Part shown: positions 1-11,040 of the stretch, piece after piece
How the letters are laid out: each line of letters opens with the position of its first letter
How positions within the stretch are numbered: the stretch's first letter is position 1
From: Chiloscyllium plagiosum
Lineage: Eukaryota
DNA length: 20,000 nucleotides
Assembly (NCBI RefSeq): GCF_004010195.1
Contig: NC_057720.1
Location: 32,305,637-32,325,636, forward strand
Direction of reading: 5' to 3'
Made by a program: the position numbers and the translations under genes
The notes under the pieces: generated by a model
What the model saw: the letters and a program-made list of their open reading frames with translations, nothing else
What the model was told of the DNA's origin: nothing
Database searches by the model: none

Positions 1-166
1 AGCTGGTGCATAAGACAAGATCCTGGCCAGAATTTCATCCTGCGAGGGATAGAAGTTGGGAGAAGGGGAGATCCTACACTGCTAAACCAAGAGTTGAGTG
101 CACTGGTAATATTTTACCGCAGGTTAAAGAAGCCTAAGAGGTGGACAGGAGGTGAAAAGTTTCAGG

Positions 167-280
167 TGTTTTCACTGGAATGGAGTGGGACACAGATAAT
201 TACAGTGCCGGTGGTTTCAGAAGGGTACTGGGAAAAGGCGTTTTCACTGCCAGAAGGTGGGACACGTAAAGGTGCTGTGG
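167..280 (+). pseudogene. Gag nucleocapsid remnant: two degenerate CX2CX4HX4C zinc knuckles
   Basis: 167-208 reads C-F-H-W-N-G-V-G-H-R-*-L-Q-C; ~239 onward reads R-F-H-C-Q-K-V-G-H-V-K. Frame differs from the listed 94..573 ORF. Confidence 0.7.
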
Positions 281-483
281 GAAAAGATGTGGTAGAAGAA
301 GCTGAGCCAGTGGCATTAGTGAAGGTAGTAAAGGAGACCCCAAGAAGAGCCGAGGAGCTGCAGGAGAGTGCACAGCCTAGACAGAGGCTGGGTATGGAGT
401 TAGTACCTCTGTGGGTAATGTTTACTCAGAAAAAAACAGGGGGAAAAGGACAAAAAGCTATAGTTTTGAGAGATACAGGATCT

Positions 484-753
484 CAGGCAGCATCCAGGGA
501 ACAGGAGAATCGACGTTTCGGGCATAAGCCCTTCTTCAGGAATGGGGAAAGTTTGTCCAGCAGGCTAAGATAAAAGGTAGGGAGCCTACCTTTTATCTTA
601 GCCTGCTGGACAAACTTTCCCCATTCCTGAAGAAGGGCTTATGCCCGAAACGTCGATTCTCCTGTTCCCTAGATGCTGCCTGACCTGCTGCGCTTTTCCA
701 GCAACACATTTCCAGCTCTGATCTCCAGCATCTGCAGACCTCACTTTCTCCTC
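484..753 (+). mobile_element. Short Penelope-pLTR-like insert with inverted 5' duplication (hairpin) and hammerhead core; 15-bp TSD
   Basis: TSD AGAGATACAGGATCT at 469-483 and 754-768; inverted arms 483-581 / 585-683 (98/99 match, 3-nt loop); homologous to inserts at 10563-10870, 11041-11247 and 19906-20000. Confidence 0.88.
627..654 (+). ncRNA. Minimal type I hammerhead ribozyme core (antisense mirror copy at 512-539)
   Basis: CTGAAGA-A-GGGC-ttat-GCCC-GAAAC-GTC: CUGANGA core, 4-bp stem II, GAAA, palindromic ACGT mini stem III, GUC cleavage triplet. Confidence 0.75.
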
Positions 754-1319
754 AGAGATACAGGATCTAACCAGTCGCTGATAGTAAGGGATGAGCAAAT
801 ATGCACTCTTTCTGATCTGTTACCTGAGACTGTGGACAGAAATTTAGCATTCCCCTATGTAAGATCAGGTTGGAGTGCCAACTCAATACTGGGGAAGTTA
901 TAGTGGGAGCGATTAACAGAGTGTCAGTTCAGGAATTCATTTTGTTCTTGGGAATGAATTGGCAGGATCCAAGGTGGGAGTGATACCCCATGTTGTGGAG
1001 AAGCTCAAGGAAAACCAAGAAACTGAGGAGTTAAAACAGAAATATCCTAGTATTTTCCCAGACTGTGTGGTAACCAGATCCCACTATCATAAATGCACGA
1101 AGCAAAAAGTAAAGAGAAAGACAAAGGAGCTGAGATTCAGTTGGCGGATACCATGTTTGATATAATGGTGCAGGAAAAACCTGAACAGGCAAAGGGTCAG
1201 ACAGAAGTGTTTAGTCTTGAAAGACTAAGGGGCTTGCAACAGCAAGGCAAGATGATAAAAGATATATATGTGGATGCGTACTCTGAAAAGGAGGCAGAAA
1301 TATTCCGGAGGGTTATTAT

Positions 1320-2465
1320 CTAAAAGAAAGAATCCTAAGATGGAAATGGAGACCGCGGCAGGTTAGTGCAGAGGAGAAATGTGCCACAGAACACCAGATT
1401 GTGTTGCCGGTAGCATATAGACAGGAAGTGTTATGGGTAGCACATGAACTACCTGTAGGAGATCACCTAAGGGTAGGAAAGACTCAGACTAAAGTACAAA
1501 AACATTTTATTGGCCTGGAATGCACAAGGATGTGGTTAACCTTTGCCTTTTGTGTCATACATGCCAAATAGGTAAGCCACAGGCAATAATAAAACCGACA
1601 CCTTTGTTGCCAATTCCCGCATTTGAAGAACCTTTCACACGGGTTATAATTGATTGTGTAGGTCCCCTTCTGAGAACAGAAAAATGGGAACCAGTACTTG
1701 TTAACCATAATGGAGGTGTCTGCCAGATTTCTGGAGGCAATTCCATTACCGAGTATCAAGGCAAAAAATGTGGTCGAGGAATTAATAGCTTTCTTCACAC
1801 GGTATAGGCTAGCCAGAGAGATTCAGTGGGACCAAGGGTCCAATTTTACTGCTAGGCTGTTTAAGGAGGTTATGGATAGCTTAGGTATATAGCACAATAA
1901 ATCCAGTGGTATCATCTTGAATCCCATGAAGCTTTGGAAAGGTGGCATCAGACCCTGAAGACCATGTTGAGAACATACTGTCAAGGTTACCCGAATGATT
2001 GGGATAAAGGTATCCCATTTATATTGTTTGCCGTTAGAGATGCCCCAAACAGATCTACTCAGTTTACTCCCTTTTAGTTAATATTCGGTCATGAAGTGAG
2101 AGTCCCTTTGAAATTAATTAAAGAAAAATTGACAGGGCCCAAGTTGGATATCTCACAATTAGATTATGTATCAGAGATGTGGGAGAGATTAAATTGAGTA
2201 GTGAGTTAGCTAAACAGCACCTAAAGAGGGCACAGTGTAGAATGAAGCAGGTGACAGATAAAAACTCTGAGACACAGATGTTTTCCTAAGGGGATAATAT
2301 GTTAGTACTGATACCAGTGATTGGAGATCCCTTCAAAACCAGGTTTAGTGTTCTCGATCAACCTGAGAAAAAGTTGAGTCAGGTGAACTATTTAGTAAAG
2401 ATGCAGATAGGAAAAAATGGTATCGGGTATGTCATGTGAATATGTTGAAACTGTATTATACTAGA
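1320..2465 (+). pseudogene. Integrase remnant (HHCC zinc finger, DDE core, C-terminal GPY/F region)
   Basis: AHELPVGDHLRVGKT...HFYWPGMHKDV..C..C..CQ (1440-1570); IIDCVGPL (~1650); IQWDQGSNF (~1825); ALERWHQTLK (~1935); CHVNMLKLY (~2430). Multiple frameshifts/stops. Confidence 0.9.
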
Positions 2466-2689
2466 GAGAAAGAATTAGAGAAACAGGTGTTAGTTACTGC
2501 CCTGCACGGTGAGGAATCAAATTCAGATAATATGGACTTTGAGGTGCCTCAAAATAGAGTAAAAAATGAAGAAGACCTAGAGGAGTGGGATAAATTAGTA
2601 AGCTATCTGTCTCAAGAGCACAGAACGCAGTTGAAAGATTTGTTACTGCAGGATAAGGACATATGCAAGAAGCAGATGGGGAGGACTAA

Positions 2690-3969
2690 TGCTACTGTAT
2701 ATGATGTAGATGTAGGGAATACTGCTCCGATAAAACAACACCCCTATTGGCTTAATCCTGTCAAAGCCAGACAAGTTCAGATGGAGATGGAGGGCATGCT
2801 CGACGAGAACATCATTGAACCAAGCCAGAGCGAGTGGAGTTTGTCAATTGTCTTAGTTCCCAAACTGGATGGGACTCAACAATTCTGCGTGAATTATCGG
2901 AAGGTCAACGCCATTACAAAATCGGACTCATATCCAATTCCTAGATTGGAGGACTGTATCGAGAAAATCTGACAAGCCATTTAAATCACCAAGTTGGACT
3001 TAATGCGTGGTCACTGGCAGGAACCTTTATCAGAAACGGCAAAAGAAATTTCTGCATTTGTAACCCTAAATGGACTATATCAGTATAAAGTGATGCCCTT
3101 TGTAATGAAGAACGAGCCCACTACATTCCAAAGACTCACGAACAGAGTCATGGCTGGGTTAACAAACTGCGCAGTCTCTTTGGATGATGTAGTAATCTTT
3201 AGTAAGTCCTGGAAAGATCATGTGGCACAGTTGGCAGAGCTCTTTAAACAACTACAAGGAGCAAAAACTGGTGATAAATTTAAATAAAACAGAATTCATG
3301 AAAGCAGAAGTGATGTTCTTGGGACATAACATCGGTCATGGAAGGTTGACCCCACAGAACACAAAGACAAAGGCTATCGAGGAATTTCCACAACCAACCT
3401 CGAAGAAAGAAGTGCTTCAATTCTTAGGACTTAACAGATTCTATTGGATGTTTGTTCCAAACTTCAGCAGTGTAGTGGCACCATTAACCGATTTGCTGAA
3501 GAAGAACACAAAGTTTCGATGGACAGAACCATGCCAGGAGGCATTTAACCATTTCAAATTGATATTAACCACCAAACCAGTTTTAGCTACATCAAACTTT
3601 TAAAAACCTTTTTAAGTCGCCATCAATGCTAGTGGAGCTGTCCTCCTACAGGAAGATGAGGATGGGATTGAATTCCCAGTTGGTTACTTTTCAAAGAAGA
3701 TCAACATCCACCAGAGGAAATATTCCACAATCGAAAAGGAACCTTTGAGTTTGGTACTGGCCTTACAGCATTTTAATGTGTATGTCACGAACAATGTGTC
3801 GGAGACAATTGTGTACACTGACTACAATCCACTTACATTCTTAGAACACTTTAAAGATAAGAATATGAGATTATTTCATTGGAGTCATGTGTTACAGACT
3901 TTCAATTTAAAAATCATGCATGTTGCGGATTGGAAGAATGTAATCGCAGACGCATTATCACAGATTTAA
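2690..3969 (+). pseudogene. Gypsy reverse transcriptase + RNase H remnant
   Basis: PIKQHPY, IIEPSQSEWS..IVLVPKLDG, FCVNYRKVN, DSYPIPR, VMPF, TFQRL, SLDD (YLDD; 3177-3188), FLGH, FLGL..FY..FVPNFS, VYTDYNPL, NVIADALS. Confidence 0.93.
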
Positions 3970-4180
3970 CTGATCAAGTTTAGATGAGATTTGTCTTTAT
4001 TTAATGTTTTATGTATAGTATATGGGATGAAGTTAAGGTGAACTTATATGAAAATTATCGGTATGTTAGGGTAATGTGTTTAAAAGGTAGAAAAAAAAGG
4101 AAGCTATCTTTTCATTATGATGGTTCATTTTTTCTGAAGGGAGATATAATAACAAGATACCCTGTTTGATATAATCAATT

Positions 4181-4894
4181 TGTTACAACACAGGGTAAAC
4201 TCTCCTGCTTAATTTAAAACCAGCAACACAGAAAAGATTTATCCAATGCAGTAATCTGTAAAAATTCGATTGACTAAGCACTATGTCAAGTAAAAATGAA
4301 CAATTTTATTTCTTAAAGTATAACAGAGAATAATTAACTAACCACTATTTACAATTTCTTTCTTTCACCTATCTCTTACCTTCCCTTCTATAATACAAGT
4401 CCAATAAAACTCCTAACTAAGATTTACAGAACAACATTTGTTATCTCAAAACCAGGCAGCTGTAGATTCTAATCTTTGGATATTCCTGTGTCCTCTTTTC
4501 TTTTGTTAGGAATTTCTGCATCACAGGTTACTGATCAAAAAGGGACTTTTAAGATAGATTTTTTTTTCAAGCAGTCTACATGCTAGGACTTGGCAGTTCT
4601 CCTCTCAAACCTTCAATTTTCCCCTGGTCTTATATCACAGAGCATCGGATTGTGTCATTGGCTTTTAAGATTGTTAATATACTCAATTCAAACTTGATTG
4701 GAAATTGATATTTTTATCCGGGTATAATTTAAACTGATTGGCCGAAGTCAAATTTGTTTTTGTCTCCAGGAAACAAGCTAATCGAGTTGTTCAACTGACT
4801 CTTACATTGTTACCTTATTGAGAATACTTGGTGCTGTGCCCGGTAGTTCTGCTGCTTTTAATTCTCTTAAATGTACACCCACATCTTCACAACA
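4181..4894 (-). mobile_element. Probable solo LTR in antisense orientation to the gypsy
   Basis: Termini TGTT...AACA; on the - strand three CCAAT boxes (4737-4741, 4697-4701, 4657-4661), then a TATA-like ATATAA (4630-4635), then AATAAA (4305-4310), i.e. U3-R-U5 order. No convincing TSD. Confidence 0.55.
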
Positions 4895-5984
4895 TTAGTC
4901 TTTTAATAATACATGGAGTTCCAACCAAACACTCCTATCTGGAAGTTTTGCAAACTATCTGTTCTGAAGAATATCCTTTCCTAGCAGAGATAATGCTTGC
5001 AATTTACTTCAGCCAGGTTTCCTTCAGCTGCACCCAATAGCATTTGATATAAACTTTAAAAACTTGCTCATCCGAGATCTTGCTAAGCTAATGGCCTAAT
5101 TTTTTTTTCAATCCAGCCATAATGTTAATGATATAAACAAGTGTTGTCTGTCTCTAAGAGTGTATACATAAATGAAGATATAGTGGAGACACTTAGAGCT
5201 CCATAAAACAATTAATTTATTAAGTACTTAATCAAACAATACATGCTTTTAACTACCAGAGATATCTCAATCACTGTTTTTCACTACCCTGTGTGCTGCA
5301 GCTAACCCTAAATGTTATTACCTGGGAGAGTTGGCAGCTGGCCAGTCTGGAGCTTTTCTCAATGTTTTCACCACCTATGCCTGCTGATGTAAGGTATGTC
5401 TTCCTGTTGAAATTGGGGTTTCCTGGGCTGCTATTTAAACAGTTCAGACCTGCCAAGTTGACATTCCGATTTCCTTATTTGGAACTGCTTGTGAAACTTG
5501 TCCAATTGCAAATGGTTTTACCATACATAGCTAGCAATTGTCAAATTCTTTTGGTTTCTGCAAATCGTTCTCAAAATTATGGTCTCCACTGTAACTTAAC
5601 TGCCAGATTGGTCTTCACAGCAGCTGGAATGTCATTCTGTTCATTCTTCCTAACTGCAGTATGAACTTTGGCATGGTTACCTATTTACCTTAAAGAACAG
5701 CTTTCTACAATGTCTTCTGTCCAGCTTGCAGTTAACTCATTCTAGTCCACTGTAAAATCTCATATTGATTCCCATATCTTTGACCTTATCCAACACAAGC
5801 CTCCATTAACTCTCCAAGAGGCACACTACAATTTAAAATCATGGTTCAAGAAAGACTAACATGGTGAATTTTTTAATCCCTTAACAAAAATATACCAATG
5901 CTCATATCCCACTAATTTAAAATCTGAACTTTAAAAAATTATAAAAAATCACACATCTTTTATAACAACAATATCAAATTAAAA

Positions 5985-6890
5985 GAAAAAATGTGTATAA
6001 TGCTGCATAGATCATTGGCAGGATGAACGATAGAGAAAATTTTAGAAACCAGCAAAAGATTCCTGGAAACAGAGCATCAGAAATTGGAGTAGAGAGACGG
6101 TTAGCAAAAATTAGAAAAACAGATAGCAAATGCTTCTCAAAGTATTTAAAAAGGAACAAAGTAGCAAAAGTGAACATTGGTACCTTGTATGGTGAAATTG
6201 GAAAATTAATAACAGGAACCAAGGAACTCACAGAGAACAGGTATTTTGTAATAAAATACACAAAGAACTGAGGATGCTGGAAATCAGAAGTAAAAACAGA
6301 AATTGCTGAAAAAACTCAGCATGTGTGGAGAGAAAGTAAAATTAACATTTCGGGTCCAGTGAGCCTTCTTCAGAACTCCAAGAATTACAAGTATTTTGTA
6401 GATTGGTCTTCACAGCAGATATAGAAAAGCAGAAGACAAAAGAGTTGGGAGATCTTAAAGTAATCACAACCTTTAGAAAGTGTTAGGAAAACTAATGGGA
6501 TCAAAGACTCACAAGTTCCCTGGACATGACGGCCTGCACCATAGGATGACAAAAGAAACAGCTGCAGAGATAGTGGATGCATCGGTTACAATAGTCCAAA
6601 ATTCTTGAGCCTCTAGAAAGGGTCCATTAGACTGAAATAACATAAATGTGTGACCACAATTCCAGGAAGGAAGAATACAGAAAGCCATGAATAGTCTAAT
6701 GTGTCATTTGGAAAATTCTAATATTCATCATGGAGGAGATATTAGGAAGGTATTCAGAAAATCCCAATACAATTATGCAGAATCAACATGGTTTTCTGAA
6801 AGTTGAAGCATGTTTGACAAACTTTATTAGAGATTTTTAAGGATGTTAACAAACAGAGTGCATAAAGAGAAACCAGGAGATGTAGTTCAA
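5985..6890 (+). mobile_element. Old CR1-type LINE ORF2 fragment (linker to RT N-terminus)
   Basis: DSKCFSKYLKRNKVAKVNIGTL..E.GKLITG..E; K-F-PGHDGLH (KSPGPDGLHP-like, ~6512-6542); QHGF (~6784) and CLTN (~6811); heavily mutated. Confidence 0.75.
6251..6386 (-). mobile_element. Older short Penelope-pLTR-like insert with degenerate hammerhead core
   Basis: Diverged 14-bp TSD ACARGTATTTTGTA at 6237-6250 and 6387-6400 (13/14); - strand 6343-6373 reads CTGAAGA-A-GGCTC-actg-GACCC-GAAATGTTA; shares GATGCTGGAAATC...TTGCTG with the other inserts. Confidence 0.7.
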
Positions 6891-6944
6891 GAGATGCAAA
6901 TAGAGATTACAAAAATTATCAAAAGACAAAACTTAAGACACTGT

Positions 6945-7590
6945 GTTTTAATTCACGTGGCATTCAAAACAAAACAGATGAACTAGCAATACAAATAAAT
7001 AAATCACTATTATCTACTGCCTATAACTGAGACGAGGCTGTATGATTACCTAGATTGTGACTGAATAATGAAGGATATGTGATACTTAGGAAGGTCAGGA
7101 AGCTAGGAAAGGGTGGCAGAGCAGCTCTGTTAATTAAAGATGATCTTGGCCCAATAGAGAGGGATGACCGTAACTCATGAAACCAGGATATGGAAGCAGT
7201 CTTTGTAGAGATGAGGAATGACAAAGGCAGGAAGTCACTTATGAGTTGTACACAGGCCCCCAAAAAGTAACCATATATTAACAGAGTATCAGGGAAGAAG
7301 TATTGAAGGTTTATCAAAAGGATAGAGCAATTATGAGGGTGGATTTTGACCTACATATATAGACTGGGAAAATCAGATGAGAAAAAGTAGTCCAGATGAA
7401 GAATTCAGTGAATGTTTCTGGGACAGCTTCTTAATATGTTATGGCACTAACCACAGCGCAAACTGTACTAAAACTAGTTTTGACAATAAGATAGGATTAA
7501 TTACTGTCCTCATAATGAAAGAGACTCTGGGTAACAGCAACCAAAATATAATTGAATTTGACTAACAGATTAAGAGAGAGAAATGTGGGC
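6945..7590 (+). mobile_element. Old CR1-type LINE APE endonuclease fragment
   Basis: N-S-R-G-I-Q-N-K-T-D-E-L (NARSI.NK.DEL-like), ITETRL (ITETWL), GKGGRAALLIKD, DF (GDFN-like, ~7342), LGNSNQNIIEF (LG.SDHN.IEF). Confidence 0.75.
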
Positions 7591-7624
7591 CAGAGAAGAC
7601 TTACTGGATGACAACATTCCCTCA

Positions 7625-7797
7625 GTCTTGAAGAAGGGAAACAGAGTTAAATGTGACAGCTATTGAGGCATAACCCCACTCCCCACTGCAGTCAAGGTTC
7701 TTGCTGGAATACTCTTGATCCATCTACTTCCATTTGCAGGAGCCATTTTGCCAGGATCTCATTCTGCCTTCAGAATATCAAAGGTCACAATGGATCC
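7625..7797 (+). mobile_element. RTE-clade LINE RT fragment
   Basis: KKGNRVKCDSY*GIT (KKGDKSDCGNYRGIS-like) then AVKVLAGILLIHLLPFAGAILPGSHSAFRISKVTMD (GKILARILLNRL...LPESQCGFR..RGTMD-like). Confidence 0.7.
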
Positions 7798-9509
7798 AAT
7801 GCCATCTCCATGGTTTCAGCAGAGGTGGAAACAGTTGTTCATTCCTCCATTCCAACTGATGCTCTTCTCTAACATCTTATTTTTGTGGCCTCATTTCCAC
7901 TTGTGCAGGGACAGATTCAGCCACTAGGACGGGATTGGGGCTGGAGTTGGGGTGTTGCCTTTCATGGGAGAGATGTGCAGGGGGTCAGCAATGGAAATAT
8001 ATTGAGCAGAGACACCACTTCCATGGCCTTCTTTTTCCATCTTCCTTCTTGATGCCAACAACCATTTTTCTGCTGAACTAAAACATTTTCCTGTATATCA
8101 GTAAGGTGCTGAATAGCCACAGTTCGGTTTTGATCTGTCCTACTGAAGCTGACATTCTAAAGAGGAATGATAAGAAGTCAGTTACCTACCAAGCCTGATG
8201 CTGTGGTCACTCTTTTCATGGATGGAGACATCACTGTGAAAACCTGAGACTATTCTCTCTCTAATCATGCGTAATGCAGCTGAAAAGGGTGACATACTTT
8301 CCGATGCCGTTCCAGAATTATCAGCTTTGTTGATGACCCTCAGATTCAGCATCTACATCTAACTAAGCAGATCTTATAATGCCCTGCTCCCTCTGACACA
8401 AACTTTTCACTATTGCCCCTGTCTCCACAACCTACTTTTGTTCAGTCATGAAGTTTAAGACAGCAGGTGAGGACCTGAACACCTGCCTTGCCTATCTAAC
8501 TGTGCCAACTGAGTTGACAGACAGTATGACAAGTCCTGTGACTGTGCATCCTTAGAGTGAGCAACCTCCCTTCATCTTCCTTCTGTACCATCACCTGTAC
8601 ATTGATTGAAGGGCCAAGGGGGATGAAGAGATCACTAAGTCATTATTGTTCTCAGTGCATGTTGTCAAAATGGAGGTGGTGTTCTGTGCTCTCTCCTCCT
8701 GAAAGGGGAGGATGATGAGACCTATGAGAATAAGAAATAAACTCTGTTAGAAGTTGGAAGGACAACATTTGTAAAGGATTTTTGTGAGAGAGATTATATT
8801 AAGATGAGATCGATTGTCAGTGAAGGATGTGAATAAGTACATATGTCAGAGAGTGACGTGTACGCTGGTCAGCTAAATTGATTTGAGGCGTGATCTGAGA
8901 GTAGACCTTGGAAAGCAGAATAAAGCAGGGCCAGGGCAAAATGCTGATCAGCATCTACTTGAATGTGCCATTCCATCCGTTGTTCCTTAAATGGGAGGTC
9001 ATTAAACTTCTTCTGGTACTGTATCCAGGAACATGGCAGCACAGTGACTTCTGACAATGCTTTTTGAGATAGGTCTTTTCCTCAGAATCTCCCTGAAGTT
9101 CCTTACAGGTAGCAGGACTGTCTCAACAATGGCATTGTTGAAATGTGGTGCTGCCTTGTTACATTGTGACTCCAAAACTCCAGGTCTGGGTATGACTAAA
9201 GATCTCTGCAACATTTCTACTTTGATCCGAACAGGATCCCTCTAAGCAGCTGAGGCAAAATTGACTGACATGGCTTATAATCACACCCAGATGTTTTGGT
9301 TGATCAAGATACCATGGCTGAACATAATATTGGATCCAAGTCTTTCCTGCCAACATGTGTTCATCTAGTGTTATTTTAGTAATTATATATTTAACTTTGC
9401 TACTCTTTGCCATAGAAAGTTACTAACTCCTTTATAACAAATGATGTACAGAGAAATTTCATATGAATGCATTAAGTAATCATACACTTGTATAATACCA
9501 TATAAGTTA

Positions 9510-9650
9510 AAAGCCTCCTCTTTCTCCTTTATCTCAGCAACTTTATCTTAAAACACAGTCTGATTCCACATGTATGGTGATGACGTCCAACTCTGCCTCT
9601 CCAATGTTTCTTTTGCCCCGCTCTGATTTGCCATGCAGCTTGGCTAATAT
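9510..9650 (+). mobile_element. L2-clade LINE RT fragment
   Basis: CCTCCTCTTTCTC (PLLF) followed by F-H-M-Y-G-D-D-V-Q-L-C-L-S (FHMYADDTQLYLS-like) at ~9564-9602. Confidence 0.65.
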
Positions 9651-9663
9651 TCAAAGACAATAG

Positions 9664-9830
9664 AAACAATTTGCATTTATACAGAGTCTTTAACATAGTA
9701 TAAAGTTACATGGAAGTTTGCAGAAACAATATTAAACAAAATTTGCTGCAAATCCACTTTGAGTAGAATGTCCAAATGCTTGGACAAAAATTAGATATTA
9801 AGCATCTAAAAGGACTAGAAAAGGTTAAGG
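9664..9830 (-). mobile_element. Degenerate L2-like 3' end
   Basis: AATTTGCATTTATACAGAGTCTTTAACATAG resembles the antisense of L2/L2-SINE 3' termini (recalled, not searched); a related motif occurs at ~18852-18905. Confidence 0.4.
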
Positions 9831-10562
9831 GGGACTGTTGGCCTTGGTTGCCCTCTTTACACTTTACAGACACTGATTTTAGTGTACGTGCTACTCGGCT
9901 CCCCTAGAGAGTAGTACAAGTGAGCAGTTGTGGGTGGCAAAGCTGCTTTAGGCAACGGATGTAGCTTATTTAGTCAGCAATTGAGAATTTGCCAAGTAAT
10001 AGTTTTGCATGCTTCTAATTTTTCTCTGTCACTAGCAGACTCGGACATTTAAAAGGTCAAAAGCCAGGCTTTCTTACATTTCTTCCCAGACAGTATCTAA
10101 AGCATGCAAACTATTATATTAGCTAGCACAGTAACTCATATAATCGATCACTCAAGAGCATGATGGTGTATCATTTATTAAAGTCACACAGTCTCAGAAC
10201 GTGAGTGACCACTTTGCTCAGCAATGACCCCTTCTGGAATTATGAGTTATTCCATTTTGTTTGTACTCATTTTTTAAAAAAAGTTAAATGTAAATTAAAT
10301 TAAATTTGAAAAGAAAATATAGCATACCATGAACATTAACTTTGTATTGGTGTGTACTGTCTTTCACCCCAATTTGATAGGATGGTTTTATAACCTCCTA
10401 GTTTATTATCACACAACAGCAAGATCCAGTTGTATTTGCTCATGGCCATATTAGAAGTGGCACTTGATTCATGAGAAAGTGTTTATCAAATACAGGTCAT
10501 TCTGGTATAACGTGCATTTTGTCAACGCGAATTGGCTATAACGCGATTGACAAATTGTGGAT

Positions 10563-10870
10563 CTAAAAACAAGGACTGCAGATGCTGGAAACCAGAGTCT
10601 AGATTAGAGTGGTGCTGGAAAAGCACAGCAGGTCAGGTAGCATCTGAGGAGCTGGAAAATCGACGTTTCGGGCAAAAGCCCTTCATCAGGAATAGAGGCA
10701 GGGTGCCTGCAGAGTGGAGAGATAAATGACAGGGTATGGGGGTGGGGCAAGGTAGCAAAGAGTACAATAGGTGAAGGGGGGTGGAGATGAAGGTGATAGG
10801 TCAGAGAGGAGGGTGCAGTGGATAGGTAGAAAGGAAGATAGGCAGGTGGGACAGGTCATGGGGACGGTGT
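10563..10870 (-). mobile_element. Penelope-pLTR-like fragment with hammerhead core, inserted in MITE copy 1
   Basis: Homologous to the 484-753 and 11041-11247 inserts; absent from MITE copy 2, whose empty site reads ATTGTGGATGCTGTTTGGA; no TSD seen. Confidence 0.8.
10662..10689 (-). ncRNA. Minimal hammerhead ribozyme core (canonical CUGAUGA)
   Basis: - strand: CTGATGA-A-GGGC-tttt-GCCC-GAAAC-GTC. Confidence 0.78.
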
Positions 10871-11040
10871 TTGTTTGGATAACGCAAACTTGCTACTGAA
10901 CAGGTATAGCGATTTTCTAAAGACATCTTAGCGCAATTTTCTATAGCGCGAGTTTGCAGAGGAACACAGCTGTTGCATTATACCAGAATGCCCTGTATAC
11001 TTTTGTATTACTGAAAATACAACTTGTTGAAGTCATAGAG

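Larger units (their letters stand above)
460..965 (+). pseudogene. Retroviral-type aspartic protease remnant, split at its active-site codons by the 484-753 insert
   Basis: IVLRDTGS before and LLRDTGSNQSLI after the insert; FVLGNELAG (ILGND-like) at ~940-965. Confidence 0.8.
1..4146 (+). mobile_element. Decayed Ty3/gypsy LTR retrotransposon, Gmr1-like (Gag-PR-IN-RT-RH order); 5' part lies outside the window
   Basis: Successive + strand motifs across frameshifts/stops: two degenerate CCHC knuckles (~167-280), protease LRDTGS (465-483/751-770), integrase HHCC and core (1440-2460), RT (2740-3600), RNase H ending NVIADALSQI (3969), purine-rich PPT-like GAAGGGAGA at ~4137-4145. Confidence 0.93.
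10493..10995. mobile_element. Tc1/mariner (Tigger/pogo-like) MITE, copy 1, interrupted by a Penelope-like insert
   Basis: TA flanks at 10491-10492 and 10996-10997; TIRs CAGGTCATTCTGGTATAA / TTATACCAGAATGCCCTG; internal sequence matches the reverse complement of 17489-17715. Confidence 0.85.

Noticed and set aside
484..753. DNA transposon/MITE interpretation of the hairpin inserts
   Set aside because: Inverted arms are asymmetric (one arm extends further), not terminal on both sides, TSDs are long and variable (12-15 bp), and non-hairpin homologs exist.
94..903. ORFs 94..573, 598..798 and 673..903 as genes
   Set aside because: Chimeras of decayed gag/protease frames and the non-coding 484-753 insert.
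5271..5664. 123-aa + ORF and a - strand CAG/GTAAT donor-like site at 5320-5324 as a possible host exon
   Set aside because: No recognisable domain; all three - strand frames hit stops within ~70-155 nt of the donor; no supporting exons elsewhere.
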